From Promethearchaeota archaeon (GTDB lineage Archaea > Asgardarchaeota > Lokiarchaeia > Sigyniarchaeales > SOKP01), in contig JAEOTS010000009.1 in assembly GCA_016839745.1 (NCBI GenBank), positions 1 through 64,000 on the forward strand: a DNA stretch of 64,000 nt, read 5' to 3'. The notes below the pieces were generated by a model, which saw only the letters and a list, made by a program, of their open reading frames with translations, searched no databases and was not told the origin of the DNA. Position 1 is the stretch's first letter; the number at the start of each line of letters is the position of its first letter. Of this stretch, positions 8,315-17,636 are shown one piece after another. The position numbers were made by a program, and so were the translations under genes.

Positions 8315-9058
8315 ATGATAAAAAATATCTTCATAATGAAATCTACAGGGGAACTACTTTTCTATAAAACTTATGAAGATATCTTTGACATCAAACTTAC
8401 TAGTAGCTTCCTAAGCGCTATTTTTTCGTTTGTTAAGCAAACTTTGAAAACAAAAGAGCTATCGGAAATTGAAGTAGGACCTTTTAGATTTATCTTTGAA
8501 GTAGAAAAAGCGGATTCCAGCGAATTAATGTTTGCGTTATTTAGTGATAGAACTGATAATCTCGTTGAATTGAGAAACCAATTAAGGGCAATTAAAAGCG
8601 AATTCTTATATGAATTTGATCTCGGACGATTAACTGAAAATTTCGATGGTGATATCTCAAAATATCAAAACTTTGATAAAAATGTCGATGGAATAATCGA
8701 AAGTAAAAAACTGGTCTCCGAAGAAATACAAAAGGATTTGATTGAAGTTTTCAAAGAACTCCATACTTTTTCTACCTTCGTCATCTCTTCCGCTTTATTG
8801 ACTCAAACCGGAAGAGTCATAGTTTCATACCTTAGTCCCAACGTTCTATCCGATATTATAAGGTTGTTAGAAAGCCGATTTATAATTGGAAATTCAAGAA
8901 TCAACGAATTAATCTCACTTGAGGAATACGGTATCTTATCTTTAATAGGAATTGATAATTTTATTTCAATTATTCAATTTCAGAAAAATTGCCCATTCGA
9001 AACGGGATTAATTATATCTAAGAAATTTTCGAATCGATTGAAAAACTTAATAATGTAA
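8315..9058 (+). CDS. Longin-domain protein with a C-terminal roadblock/LC7-like domain
   Basis: Longin-type N-terminus MIKNIFIMKSTGELLFYK...LTSSFLSAIFSFVKQ..LSEIEVG. The C-terminal VISSALLTQTGRVIVS is a roadblock-type motif. Confidence 0.7.
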   Translation: MIKNIFIMKSTGELLFYKTYEDIFDIKLTSSFLSAIFSFVKQTLKTKELSEIEVGPFRFIFEVEKADSSELMFALFSDRTDNLVELRNQLRAIKSEFLYEFDLGRLTENFDGDISKYQNFDKNVDGIIESKKLVSEEIQKDLIEVFKELHTFSTFVISSALLTQTGRVIVSYLSPNVLSDIIRLLESRFIIGNSRINELISLEEYGILSLIGIDNFISIIQFQKNCPFETGLIISKKFSNRLKNLIM

Positions 9059-9175
9059 AAAAATTAATGGGCACTTGTTATTTTCAAGTAATATTAAAAA
9101 GTTATATAGCTTTTTTTCCCATAGATTTATTCCTTTTAAAAAGTTCAAAATTTTAAAAAGTGGGAGATAAAAAAA

Positions 9176-10480
9176 ATGGAAGAAGAAAAATTATCGAAAT
9201 TTATGAATCAAGCTATTAATGACGAAATTCTTGAAAAGTTAAGTCTAAAAAACAGATACGCATTTTTGAACACAAATTTAATGACGATTCTTGAGCAAAA
9301 ACAGATGAACTTTCTTAAGAAAGCTCAAAAGTTTTGTATCCGATATGAAAAAAAGAATAACATCACTCACGCTGCGGATGAAGAGTTTTACCATTGGATT
9401 CCAGATTTTGGAAAAGAAGGATTGATATCCCGGGCTCATCCTTACGAAGAAATTGACATGGATTTTCCAGATAATGGATTAGCTATAGAATTGATGAGAT
9501 GCCTAACTTTAAGCTTTTTCGACCCCATGTTTTCCATGGCTGGGGGCGCAACGATTTTAGCTATTAATCCCATTTATTACCATCACGAAAATATACCTAT
9601 CAGATTAGAGGTTCTAAAAAAGTTCGTAACTGGTGAAACTCCGGGGGCAATTTTAATTACCGAACCAGAACGTGGGTCTGACGCTGTGCATATGTTAACA
9701 ACTTGCACCGAGCAGGACGACGGCTCTTTTCTTTTAAACGGTGAAAAAATTTACAATACAAATGCTCCTAAGGCAGGTTATGTTGTAGCATATGCCACAG
9801 CTGAACAGAACAACGGGAACACGATGGCTCAATTCCTTATAGACACTTCTTGGGATGGATGGGATTGCAAGCGCGTTATGATCCCCTGGGTTCCTAAGGT
9901 GTGGATTGGTCACGAACATTTTACTAATTTAAGAGTTCCTAAGGATTACATCTTAGGAGGTGTAGGAAAAGGACGTGAACATCTATTTGAGGGTTTAGTA
10001 CCAGAAAGAATAGGTATTGCTCTCGACGCAACATCTCAATGTTGGAACGCAATAGCTCACGCAGCGATATACGCTAACAATAGAAAGCAGTTCGATCAAA
10101 TGATTCTAAAGTTCCAAGGCGTAGGCTTTTTACTAACAGATTTGTGGGCTAGGTTATCTAATGTAACTCAGGGATTATTACGTTTCTGTGAACAATACGA
10201 CGCTAAAGTTGAACATTATGGTGGAGAACTACCAAAAAATCTCGCTCAAGCTATGGTAGCTGGAGCAAGTCAATACAAATACCATACTTGCGCTTTATCT
10301 AAAGAAATTTGTTACGAAGCCGCAAATCTTATGGGAGGAGCTGGTTTATGCGATAACACCTTAATGCATGACTTATTGAACATATCCAGAATTCAAGAGA
10401 TTGTGGGCGGTTCGAGACAAATCCAACAATATATACTCAGCATGGCTATGAGGACCTTGTATAAGATGTCAGGGATATAG
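9176..10480 (+). CDS. Acyl-CoA dehydrogenase (paralog 1)
   Basis: ITEPERGSDA, LNGEKIYNTN, RKQFDQ..LKFQGV.FLL, LMGGAG, RIQEIVGGS. Confidence 0.92.
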   Translation: MEEEKLSKFMNQAINDEILEKLSLKNRYAFLNTNLMTILEQKQMNFLKKAQKFCIRYEKKNNITHAADEEFYHWIPDFGKEGLISRAHPYEEIDMDFPDNGLAIELMRCLTLSFFDPMFSMAGGATILAINPIYYHHENIPIRLEVLKKFVTGETPGAILITEPERGSDAVHMLTTCTEQDDGSFLLNGEKIYNTNAPKAGYVVAYATAEQNNGNTMAQFLIDTSWDGWDCKRVMIPWVPKVWIGHEHFTNLRVPKDYILGGVGKGREHLFEGLVPERIGIALDATSQCWNAIAHAAIYANNRKQFDQMILKFQGVGFLLTDLWARLSNVTQGLLRFCEQYDAKVEHYGGELPKNLAQAMVAGASQYKYHTCALSKEICYEAANLMGGAGLCDNTLMHDLLNISRIQEIVGGSRQIQQYILSMAMRTLYKMSGI

Positions 10481-10628
10481 GATAAGAGTTCATTTTTTCA
10501 CACTTTTTTTTTTAATTTCTTCTGTTCAATAATCAATAAACAAATTTAAAAAGAGAAATTATATTTCTCTTAGTAAGACTTTTTCTCTAATAATTTTCAG
10601 ATAGATTATAAAATTTGGAGTTAGGAAA

Positions 10629-11933
10629 ATGGAAGAAGAAAAAAATAAAAGGTTTATAACTCAAGCTATAAATGACGAAATCCTTGAAAAGTTAAGTCTA
10701 AAAAACAGGTATTCGTTTTTAAACACGAATTTAACAGCCATTTTAGAACCAAAAGAATTTAACTTTCTAAAAAAAGCTCAAAAATTCTGCATGCGATTCG
10801 AAAAGAAAAATAACATTACGCACGGACCTGACGAAGATATTTACAGTTGGATCCCCGCATTTGGAGCCGAAGGATACCTAACAAGATCTCACTCATTTGA
10901 CATGTGCGATGTTCATTACGATAATTATGGTGCAAGCACGGAATTAATGAGATGTTTAGCTGTAGATTTTTTTGAACCCCAATTCTCATTAGCTGGGGGC
11001 GCAACCGTGTTAGCTATCAACCCTCTTTACGAACACCACGAAAATATGCCTATACGATTAGAAATCATGAAAAAATTTGTAACAGGTGAAACGCCAGGAG
11101 CGATCTTAATCACAGAACCTGAAAGAGGATCTGACGCGGTACACATGTTGACTACATGCGACGAACAAGAAGACGGCTCGTTCGTCTTAAACGGAGAAAA
11201 AATATTTAACACTAATGCCCCAAAAGCGGGATACGTTGTAGCTTACGCTACCGCAGAGCAGAACAACGGGAACACAATGGCTCAATTCTTAATCGATACC
11301 TCATGGGACGGTTGGAATTGCGAACGCGTTTACATACCATATGTGCCAAAAGTATGGTTAGGTAAGGAAAGATTAGATAACCTTAGAGTACCAAAGGATT
11401 ACGTGTTAGGTGGTGTAGGAAAGGGACGAGAACATCTTTTTGAAGGTCTAGTTCCGGAAAGAATAGGAATAGCAATCGATTCCATAGCCCAGTGTTGGAA
11501 CGCAGTCGCTCACGCAGCAATATATGTTAACAACAGGAAGCAGTTCGATCAAATGGTTCTCAAATTCCAAGGGGTAGGCTTTCTTTTAACAGATTTATGG
11601 GCTAGATTAACTAATGTCACACTTGGACTTTTAATGTTTTGTAAGAACTATGATGATAAGATGGAAAAATTTGGAGGAACGCTTCCTAGAAACATTTCGC
11701 AAGCATTAGTAGCTTCTGCTAGCCAGTTCAAATATCACACATGCGCTTTATCTAAAGAAATTTGTTATGAAGCTGCAAATCTTATGGGAGGCGCGGGATT
11801 ATGCGATAACACTGCAATGCAAGATTTAGTAAACATGTCTAGAATCGCTGAAATCATAGGAGGGAGCAGACAAATACAACAATATGTTATGTCTATGGCT
11901 TTGAGACAACTTTATAAGATGGCTGGCATATAA
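10629..11933 (+). CDS. Acyl-CoA dehydrogenase (paralog 2)
   Basis: Same motifs and length (434 aa) as 9176-10480; colinear with it. Confidence 0.92.
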   Translation: MEEEKNKRFITQAINDEILEKLSLKNRYSFLNTNLTAILEPKEFNFLKKAQKFCMRFEKKNNITHGPDEDIYSWIPAFGAEGYLTRSHSFDMCDVHYDNYGASTELMRCLAVDFFEPQFSLAGGATVLAINPLYEHHENMPIRLEIMKKFVTGETPGAILITEPERGSDAVHMLTTCDEQEDGSFVLNGEKIFNTNAPKAGYVVAYATAEQNNGNTMAQFLIDTSWDGWNCERVYIPYVPKVWLGKERLDNLRVPKDYVLGGVGKGREHLFEGLVPERIGIAIDSIAQCWNAVAHAAIYVNNRKQFDQMVLKFQGVGFLLTDLWARLTNVTLGLLMFCKNYDDKMEKFGGTLPRNISQALVASASQFKYHTCALSKEICYEAANLMGGAGLCDNTAMQDLVNMSRIAEIIGGSRQIQQYVMSMALRQLYKMAGI

Positions 11934-12174
11934 GACATCCAGTTTCTTTACATATCTTTTTTTTTTTTATTAATTCTTAAAAAACTTATCTAAATAAATA
12001 TACGATTTTTCCCTTTAGTTTTTAGTATTCAATATTTAAGATTATGTAAAAAGGCAAAAATTTTAACCGTATATATTATGAATCAAATAGAGAAATCAAT
12101 CTCCTCTATACTTATGATAAAAAAATAAAAATGAAGAAAATTTTATATTAAGGATTCGTTTAAATCTACGAATT

Positions 12175-13470
12175 TTATGAAACGGACATCTTGTAAAGTT
12201 GTCTTAACGACATCGACATAACATATTGTTGTATTTGTCGAGAGCCGCCAATGATTTCTTGAATCCGCGAGATATTCATATAATCGTGCATCAAGGTGTT
12301 ATCACACAAACCTGCTCCACCCATATTATTGGCGCATTCATAACATACCTTTTTCGAGAGTTTTGCAGCGTGGTATTTGAATTGACTTGCTGAGGCAACC
12401 ATTGCTTGAGAAATGTTTTTAGGAATTTCTCCATTGAATTTTATGTATTTTTCATCAAACGACTCACAGAATTTGAGCAAACCAAGCGTTAAATTAGTAG
12501 TTCTTGCCCAGAGATCGGTTAAAAGAAAACCAACGCCTTGGAATTTAAGAATCATTTGGTTAAATTGCTGTCTGTTGTTAGCGTAAATTATTGCGTGTGC
12601 TAATGCACCCCAACATTGACTTACACCCATTATTGCGATAGAAATTCTTTCAGGAACTAACCCTTCAAACATATATTCACGTCCTTTCCCGACGCCTCCT
12701 AATACATATTCTTTTGGGACCCGAACATTCGTAAGTGTTTCTTTTCCAAGATAGAGCTTTGGTACCCATGGAACTCCAGCTCGTTCTACATGAAATCCAT
12801 CCCAATTGGTGTTTATTAAGAATTGAGCCATCGTGTTCCCGTTGTTTTTCTCGGCTGTTGCATAGGCAACAACCCACTTGGAACGCGGAGCGTTAGTGTT
12901 GTATATTTTTACTCCGTTTAAAAGGAACGAGCCGTCTTCTTGTTCGTCGCAAGTAGTTAATTGATGTACGGCATCCGAACCTCTTTCGGGTTCTGTAATA
13001 AGAATAGCCCCAGGAGATACTCCAGTAACCATATCTTTAAGGGCTTCTAATCGTTCAGGAACATCTTCGTGGTGTTCGTATACTGGATTAATTGCTAAAA
13101 CGGTAGCTCCACCTCCCATCGCAAATTGTGGATCAAACATATCGATTGCTAAATTTCTCAAAAAATCCATAGCTAAACCCCAATCGTCGTAATGAACATC
13201 GCACATGTCAAATGAGTGCTGACGGGTTATATACCCTTGTTCTCCAAAAGCGCGAACCCAATCGTAAATATCTTCGTCAGGTCCGTGAGTAATTTCATTT
13301 TTCTTTTCAAAACGCATACAAAATCGTTGGACTTCTTTGAAGAAATTGAATTCTTTTGTTGAAAGAATAGCCATTAAATTGTTATTCAAGAAAGAATATC
13401 GATTTTTAAGGCTAAATTTCGCAAGAATCTCGTCATTAATTGCTTGCACTTCAAATTTTTTACCTGGCAT
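12175..13470 (-). CDS. Acyl-CoA dehydrogenase (paralog 3)
   Basis: Same motifs; convergent with paralog 2. Confidence 0.92.
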   Translation of the reverse strand: MPGKKFEVQAINDEILAKFSLKNRYSFLNNNLMAILSTKEFNFFKEVQRFCMRFEKKNEITHGPDEDIYDWVRAFGEQGYITRQHSFDMCDVHYDDWGLAMDFLRNLAIDMFDPQFAMGGGATVLAINPVYEHHEDVPERLEALKDMVTGVSPGAILITEPERGSDAVHQLTTCDEQEDGSFLLNGVKIYNTNAPRSKWVVAYATAEKNNGNTMAQFLINTNWDGFHVERAGVPWVPKLYLGKETLTNVRVPKEYVLGGVGKGREYMFEGLVPERISIAIMGVSQCWGALAHAIIYANNRQQFNQMILKFQGVGFLLTDLWARTTNLTLGLLKFCESFDEKYIKFNGEIPKNISQAMVASASQFKYHAAKLSKKVCYECANNMGGAGLCDNTLMHDYMNISRIQEIIGGSRQIQQYVMSMSLRQLYKMSVS

Positions 13471-13639
13471 TTTAATATCGCGACCTTTTTTAGATTTTTA
13501 ATTTAATATTCTATTAGTTATAAAAAGGAGAATACAATTTTCTTTTTTAACCTTTTTTTCAAACAATCATCTATATTAATTCAATAAATTAAACAGATAT
13601 GTTAAGTCTTAATTACTATCCAAGCTAATTAAAACTAAT

Positions 13640-14542
13640 ATGAAAATTTTAATAACTGGAAGCTCAGGTTTCATTGGTTCTGCCTTAAAACGATTATTAG
13701 GAGAGAAAGGAATAGAAATCGTTACATATGATATAAAAGAGAATCCAATGGATGATGTCAGAAATTTTTCATCTTTGCAAGCAAAATTTATAGGTGTAGA
13801 TGGCATTGTTCATCTAGCAGCAGTAAGTAGGGTAAAAATTGCTCACGAAAATCCTTTAGAGTGTATCAATACTAATATAGGAGGAACTATCAACGTACTT
13901 GAATCTGCTAGGACACTTATCTCTGAAGATAAACACCCTTGGGTGATATTTGGGTCTTCAAGAGAAGTTTACGGGGAATCTGTGAATTTACCAGTTGTTG
14001 AAACTTCAAATCGTAAACCTATTAATGTCTATGGAGTTTCTAAATTATCTGGAGAAGAACTTTGTAAAGTCTATGCAGGAAATTATGGATTAAAAACAAG
14101 AGTGCTAAGGTTTTCAAACGTATATACCGGTATTAATGACCATTTAGACAGAGTTATCCCTAAATTTATATTGCACGCTTTCAATAGAGAAGATCTAGTA
14201 ATTAACGGTTCGGGAGAAGAAATATTCGATTTCACTTATATTACAGATGCAATTCAGGGAATTTGGGGTTGCATTCAAGAAATTGAGAGGGGTTCGCATT
14301 TATTTGATGATTTTAACCTATCTACGGGAGTACCAGTATCGTTAAAAGAATTAGCAGAAATTATTATCGAAAAAACGAGAAGCTCGAGTAGAGTTAAACA
14401 CACGAAATCTAGATCCTACGATGTTAATAAATTTTACGCGGATCCTGGGAAAGCACAAAAAATACTTGGATTTTCTCCCAATATAGCATTAGAAAAAGGA
14501 ATTGATTTAGTTGTAGAGGAATTAAAGAGTTTAGATTCTTGA
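13640..14542 (+). CDS. NAD-dependent epimerase/dehydratase (extended SDR)
   Basis: ITGSSGFIG, HLAA, SSREVYG, YGVSK, LRFSNVY. Confidence 0.92.
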   Translation: MKILITGSSGFIGSALKRLLGEKGIEIVTYDIKENPMDDVRNFSSLQAKFIGVDGIVHLAAVSRVKIAHENPLECINTNIGGTINVLESARTLISEDKHPWVIFGSSREVYGESVNLPVVETSNRKPINVYGVSKLSGEELCKVYAGNYGLKTRVLRFSNVYTGINDHLDRVIPKFILHAFNREDLVINGSGEEIFDFTYITDAIQGIWGCIQEIERGSHLFDDFNLSTGVPVSLKELAEIIIEKTRSSSRVKHTKSRSYDVNKFYADPGKAQKILGFSPNIALEKGIDLVVEELKSLDS

Positions 14543-14610
14543 AAAGTCCTGCAAGTTTAAAATTATAATAAAAGGAAAAGTAAAATAAAAAAAATAAAGT
14601 CTTTTAGTAT

Positions 14611-14823
14611 TTAATCGTCTTCTTCATCGTCGCCCATAAGGGATTCGATTTTTTCTTCTAATTCTTCAATTTTGTCATTAAGGGCATCGATTTTCTTATA
14701 AGTTGCGCACGTCTCACAACCATCGTCTTCTTGACATTGAGGGAGGGTATCGCAAACCTCTTCGAGTTCGTCCATTTCATCCTTTAATTTTTCAACTTGT
14801 TCTTGGAGATCATCAATACTCAT
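14611..14823 (-). CDS. Small acidic coiled-coil protein with a 4-Cys loop
   Basis: 70 aa; heptad helices flank C-x5-C-x5-C-x2-C. SD AGGTG upstream. Confidence 0.7.
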   Translation of the reverse strand: MSIDDLQEQVEKLKDEMDELEEVCDTLPQCQEDDGCETCATYKKIDALNDKIEELEEKIESLMGDDEEDD

Positions 14824-14946
14824 ATTTCACACCTTTTAAAATAACAATGTAAGATATTATTTTTGGTATAATTTATTTTTTTTTATCATTAAGAAACTTA
14901 TGAATATTGTAATAAAAAAGAAAAAATGGAGTTTTAAAACTTTTTA

Positions 14947-16992
14947 TTAAGCTTTCAATTTATTCATTTTATTTTCAATGGTTTTGTTCAATGATTCAAT
15001 TTCTTTATCGAGTTTTTTAGTCTCTACAGAAATATTTTCGAATCTACTCTCTTGGTCGTTTAATTTTTTAACGTATCGTTCTTTTAAGGTTATAGATTGA
15101 TTATCGTCTCCTAGCACAGAAATGTTTTCTCTCAGTCTTGATTGTTCGTCTGACATTAAATCTCTTTCATCATGTAATTTCTCTCTCTGGTTTTGTTTAT
15201 CGTTCAAATTTTGTATTAATTCTGCGATTTCTTTTAACTGAGTTTCAAGTTTTTCGTTAATAAATTTTTGCTTGGTATAAAACCCAACTCGCTTTAATAT
15301 TTCATTCTTAGACCAGTTTCTAAGGTAATTACTCGAGTAATCCTCTCGTTGTTCTTTTAACTTAAAACTAATTGCTTCCTTAGGTTTCAATGTAATTTTA
15401 AAGCGCCAAAAGTTCGGAGTTTCTTCGGGATCGATAGGTTTTTCGATAAATTTATATTCGTGGGTTTTAGGATGATCCAAATAGAGTTCTTTTTCCTCGT
15501 TCGTTTTATTATTTATCTTATATGTCGTCATTTGGTTAGTGTAATAATATTCGTAGGAATATCCACTTCCAATAGTAATTTTGTGCACATTTAAACTTTC
15601 AGATTTAGCTTCGTTGGTTATTATCACTGCTTGTTCGACTGCGTAATTCAATAGGCGTGTATCTTCTTTGTTTAAAAAAGGAACTATTGCTTCTCCTGCT
15701 AAATTATCGTCATAGATTATCGTTACTGGCCCTCGTTCAAGCGTTAGATTTGTATTATTTGTGATCTCAAGACATGCGTTCGGATTTCTATCGTATTCGT
15801 TTTTGTTGTATAATAGAACTCGTCTTGCTTTTATAGATTCTGTTAATATAGGAACTAAAGCCGATTGTTTCCGTTTTATCGAAACTAGGTTTGATATATT
15901 GTACTCAAATAATTCTCCTAAGTCTTTTGTTTGTATTTTTGTTTGGGATCTTACTTTATCAAGTAAAGCGTCGTCAGACATGACGCCTAATGCGCCACCA
16001 TATCCTATAGCTCCTGCGGGAGCAGGGGGAGGAGCTCCTTTTCGACCACCTTTATACCTTATTTTCATTGCTCTCGGCTTGGCTTCCATTTCTGACATAG
16101 CATAATCTTTGTATTTTTCCATTTCAAGCCCCTCTTCGATTTCAGTAGGTCTTACGCTTAGAACCTTTGGAGGACGGATTACGGGACGTTGAATAAATAT
16201 AGGTCTATAAAATTCGTATTTAAAAGAAACGGGCATTCCCGCAACTAAGGACAACTCAACATCCTCCCAATCTTGATTAGTTGTGTTTTCAATAAGACCC
16301 CAACCAGAAAGTAGGCATTTTTCTTCTAATGCTTGCTCCTTGCTCATTATTAAACGATATGAAGTTTTCCAAATTGGACTTTCACGAATATAGTAGACAA
16401 AAATGATTCTATCAACCTCATCGTTCCCTCCCGATTCGCAGTTTATTACGATTTTTTTTGCATCCTTTTTCTTCCCCGATATAACAGTTTCGAGAAAGAA
16501 TTTTAGGTCTTTTTTGATGTCTTCGTTCATAATATCAAAGGATTTTATCTCAGTAAAATTGATTTTAGAAATGACCTCGCTATCTTGTAGTAGAATCAAT
16601 AATTTTTCAACAATTTTTTCATCCTTACTCATTTTTTCAAATTCTTCGATTCCCATTATCGTTCCCGATATAGTCTTTCCTCCAGCTATGGTAAGACTAA
16701 TGTTTGCCCCTTTTATTTGAGTGATTAATGAGGAAAAAGAGTCTCTATCAGGAATATTTAACATGATAGATTTTAATAATTGAGATGTATCTAAAGCAGC
16801 ATCATAAGAGATCGAACTTATATATCCTTTTTCGCTGGTATCTAAAACAAAGAGTGATTTTAGTACATCATCCATTTCGTCAATTTTAAACTCTAACTCA
16901 AAAGTGTCCGTTCCTTTAACGCTTCCCTCGAGAATGTAGTAGGAAACTCCATGCTTAAAAATTATGACTTTTTTGACATTTAATTTCGACAT
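14947..16992 (-). CDS. DUF4139-like protein
   Basis: IIFKHGVSY, MDDVLKSLFVLD, PIWKTSYRL, ENTTNQDWEDVELSLVAG.P, LGELFEY, C-terminal coiled coil with QSRLRENI. Confidence 0.75.
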   Translation of the reverse strand: MSKLNVKKVIIFKHGVSYYILEGSVKGTDTFELEFKIDEMDDVLKSLFVLDTSEKGYISSISYDAALDTSQLLKSIMLNIPDRDSFSSLITQIKGANISLTIAGGKTISGTIMGIEEFEKMSKDEKIVEKLLILLQDSEVISKINFTEIKSFDIMNEDIKKDLKFFLETVISGKKKDAKKIVINCESGGNDEVDRIIFVYYIRESPIWKTSYRLIMSKEQALEEKCLLSGWGLIENTTNQDWEDVELSLVAGMPVSFKYEFYRPIFIQRPVIRPPKVLSVRPTEIEEGLEMEKYKDYAMSEMEAKPRAMKIRYKGGRKGAPPPAPAGAIGYGGALGVMSDDALLDKVRSQTKIQTKDLGELFEYNISNLVSIKRKQSALVPILTESIKARRVLLYNKNEYDRNPNACLEITNNTNLTLERGPVTIIYDDNLAGEAIVPFLNKEDTRLLNYAVEQAVIITNEAKSESLNVHKITIGSGYSYEYYYTNQMTTYKINNKTNEEKELYLDHPKTHEYKFIEKPIDPEETPNFWRFKITLKPKEAISFKLKEQREDYSSNYLRNWSKNEILKRVGFYTKQKFINEKLETQLKEIAELIQNLNDKQNQREKLHDERDLMSDEQSRLRENISVLGDDNQSITLKERYVKKLNDQESRFENISVETKKLDKEIESLNKTIENKMNKLKA

Positions 16993-17075
16993 AAAGATAA
17001 TAAATCGATATACAAATATAAATCTTAATTCTTGAAAAAAAAAAGAAAAGAAAAGTGAAAAATTAATGAAATTTA

Positions 17076-17576
17076 TTAGAGATTTTCTTTAATTATTTTA
17101 AGAGTATCCTCTTCGATAGTCTCTTTGGGATGTTCTATAATCTGACCCAAATACTCACCATTTTTATTAAAGAAGTAGAAGGTTGGAATCGCTTTTAACT
17201 CGAACTTAGGATTTACCGCTTCAGGGGGGGATCTTGTTTTATGCCATAGTATTTCTCCCGGTTTGCGTAAAGCATCAACCATAATACCATACAAGATACG
17301 AAATTCAACATCTTTAGTTTTCATCCGTTTCACTAGCTTTATCATACGAGGTACGTTTTTATGGCAATCAGGACACCAATCAGCCCCAAAGGCGATAATT
17401 TTTAACTGTTCATTCTTACTTTTTAAGAGTCTGAGAATTTCTTCTAATATTTCGGCTTTAGGTTCGTAAACCTTGTAATTATTCTTTATTTTCGGTCCAA
17501 ACTCTCTTAGATAATCATCAGGGGTCATCGTGGGAGATTCAATATCGCTCCAGCTTAAATCGAGATCACTATTCAT
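17076..17576 (-). CDS. Thioredoxin-family protein
   Basis: GADWCPDC..NVP, and the cis-Pro region AIPTFYF. Confidence 0.88.
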   Translation of the reverse strand: MNSDLDLSWSDIESPTMTPDDYLREFGPKIKNNYKVYEPKAEILEEILRLLKSKNEQLKIIAFGADWCPDCHKNVPRMIKLVKRMKTKDVEFRILYGIMVDALRKPGEILWHKTRSPPEAVNPKFELKAIPTFYFFNKNGEYLGQIIEHPKETIEEDTLKIIKENL

Positions 17577-17636
17577 ACTTAAAATAATAATTTCTTTTTT
17601 AAAAAAATTAAGCTAATGATTGATAAGAATTTTTAC

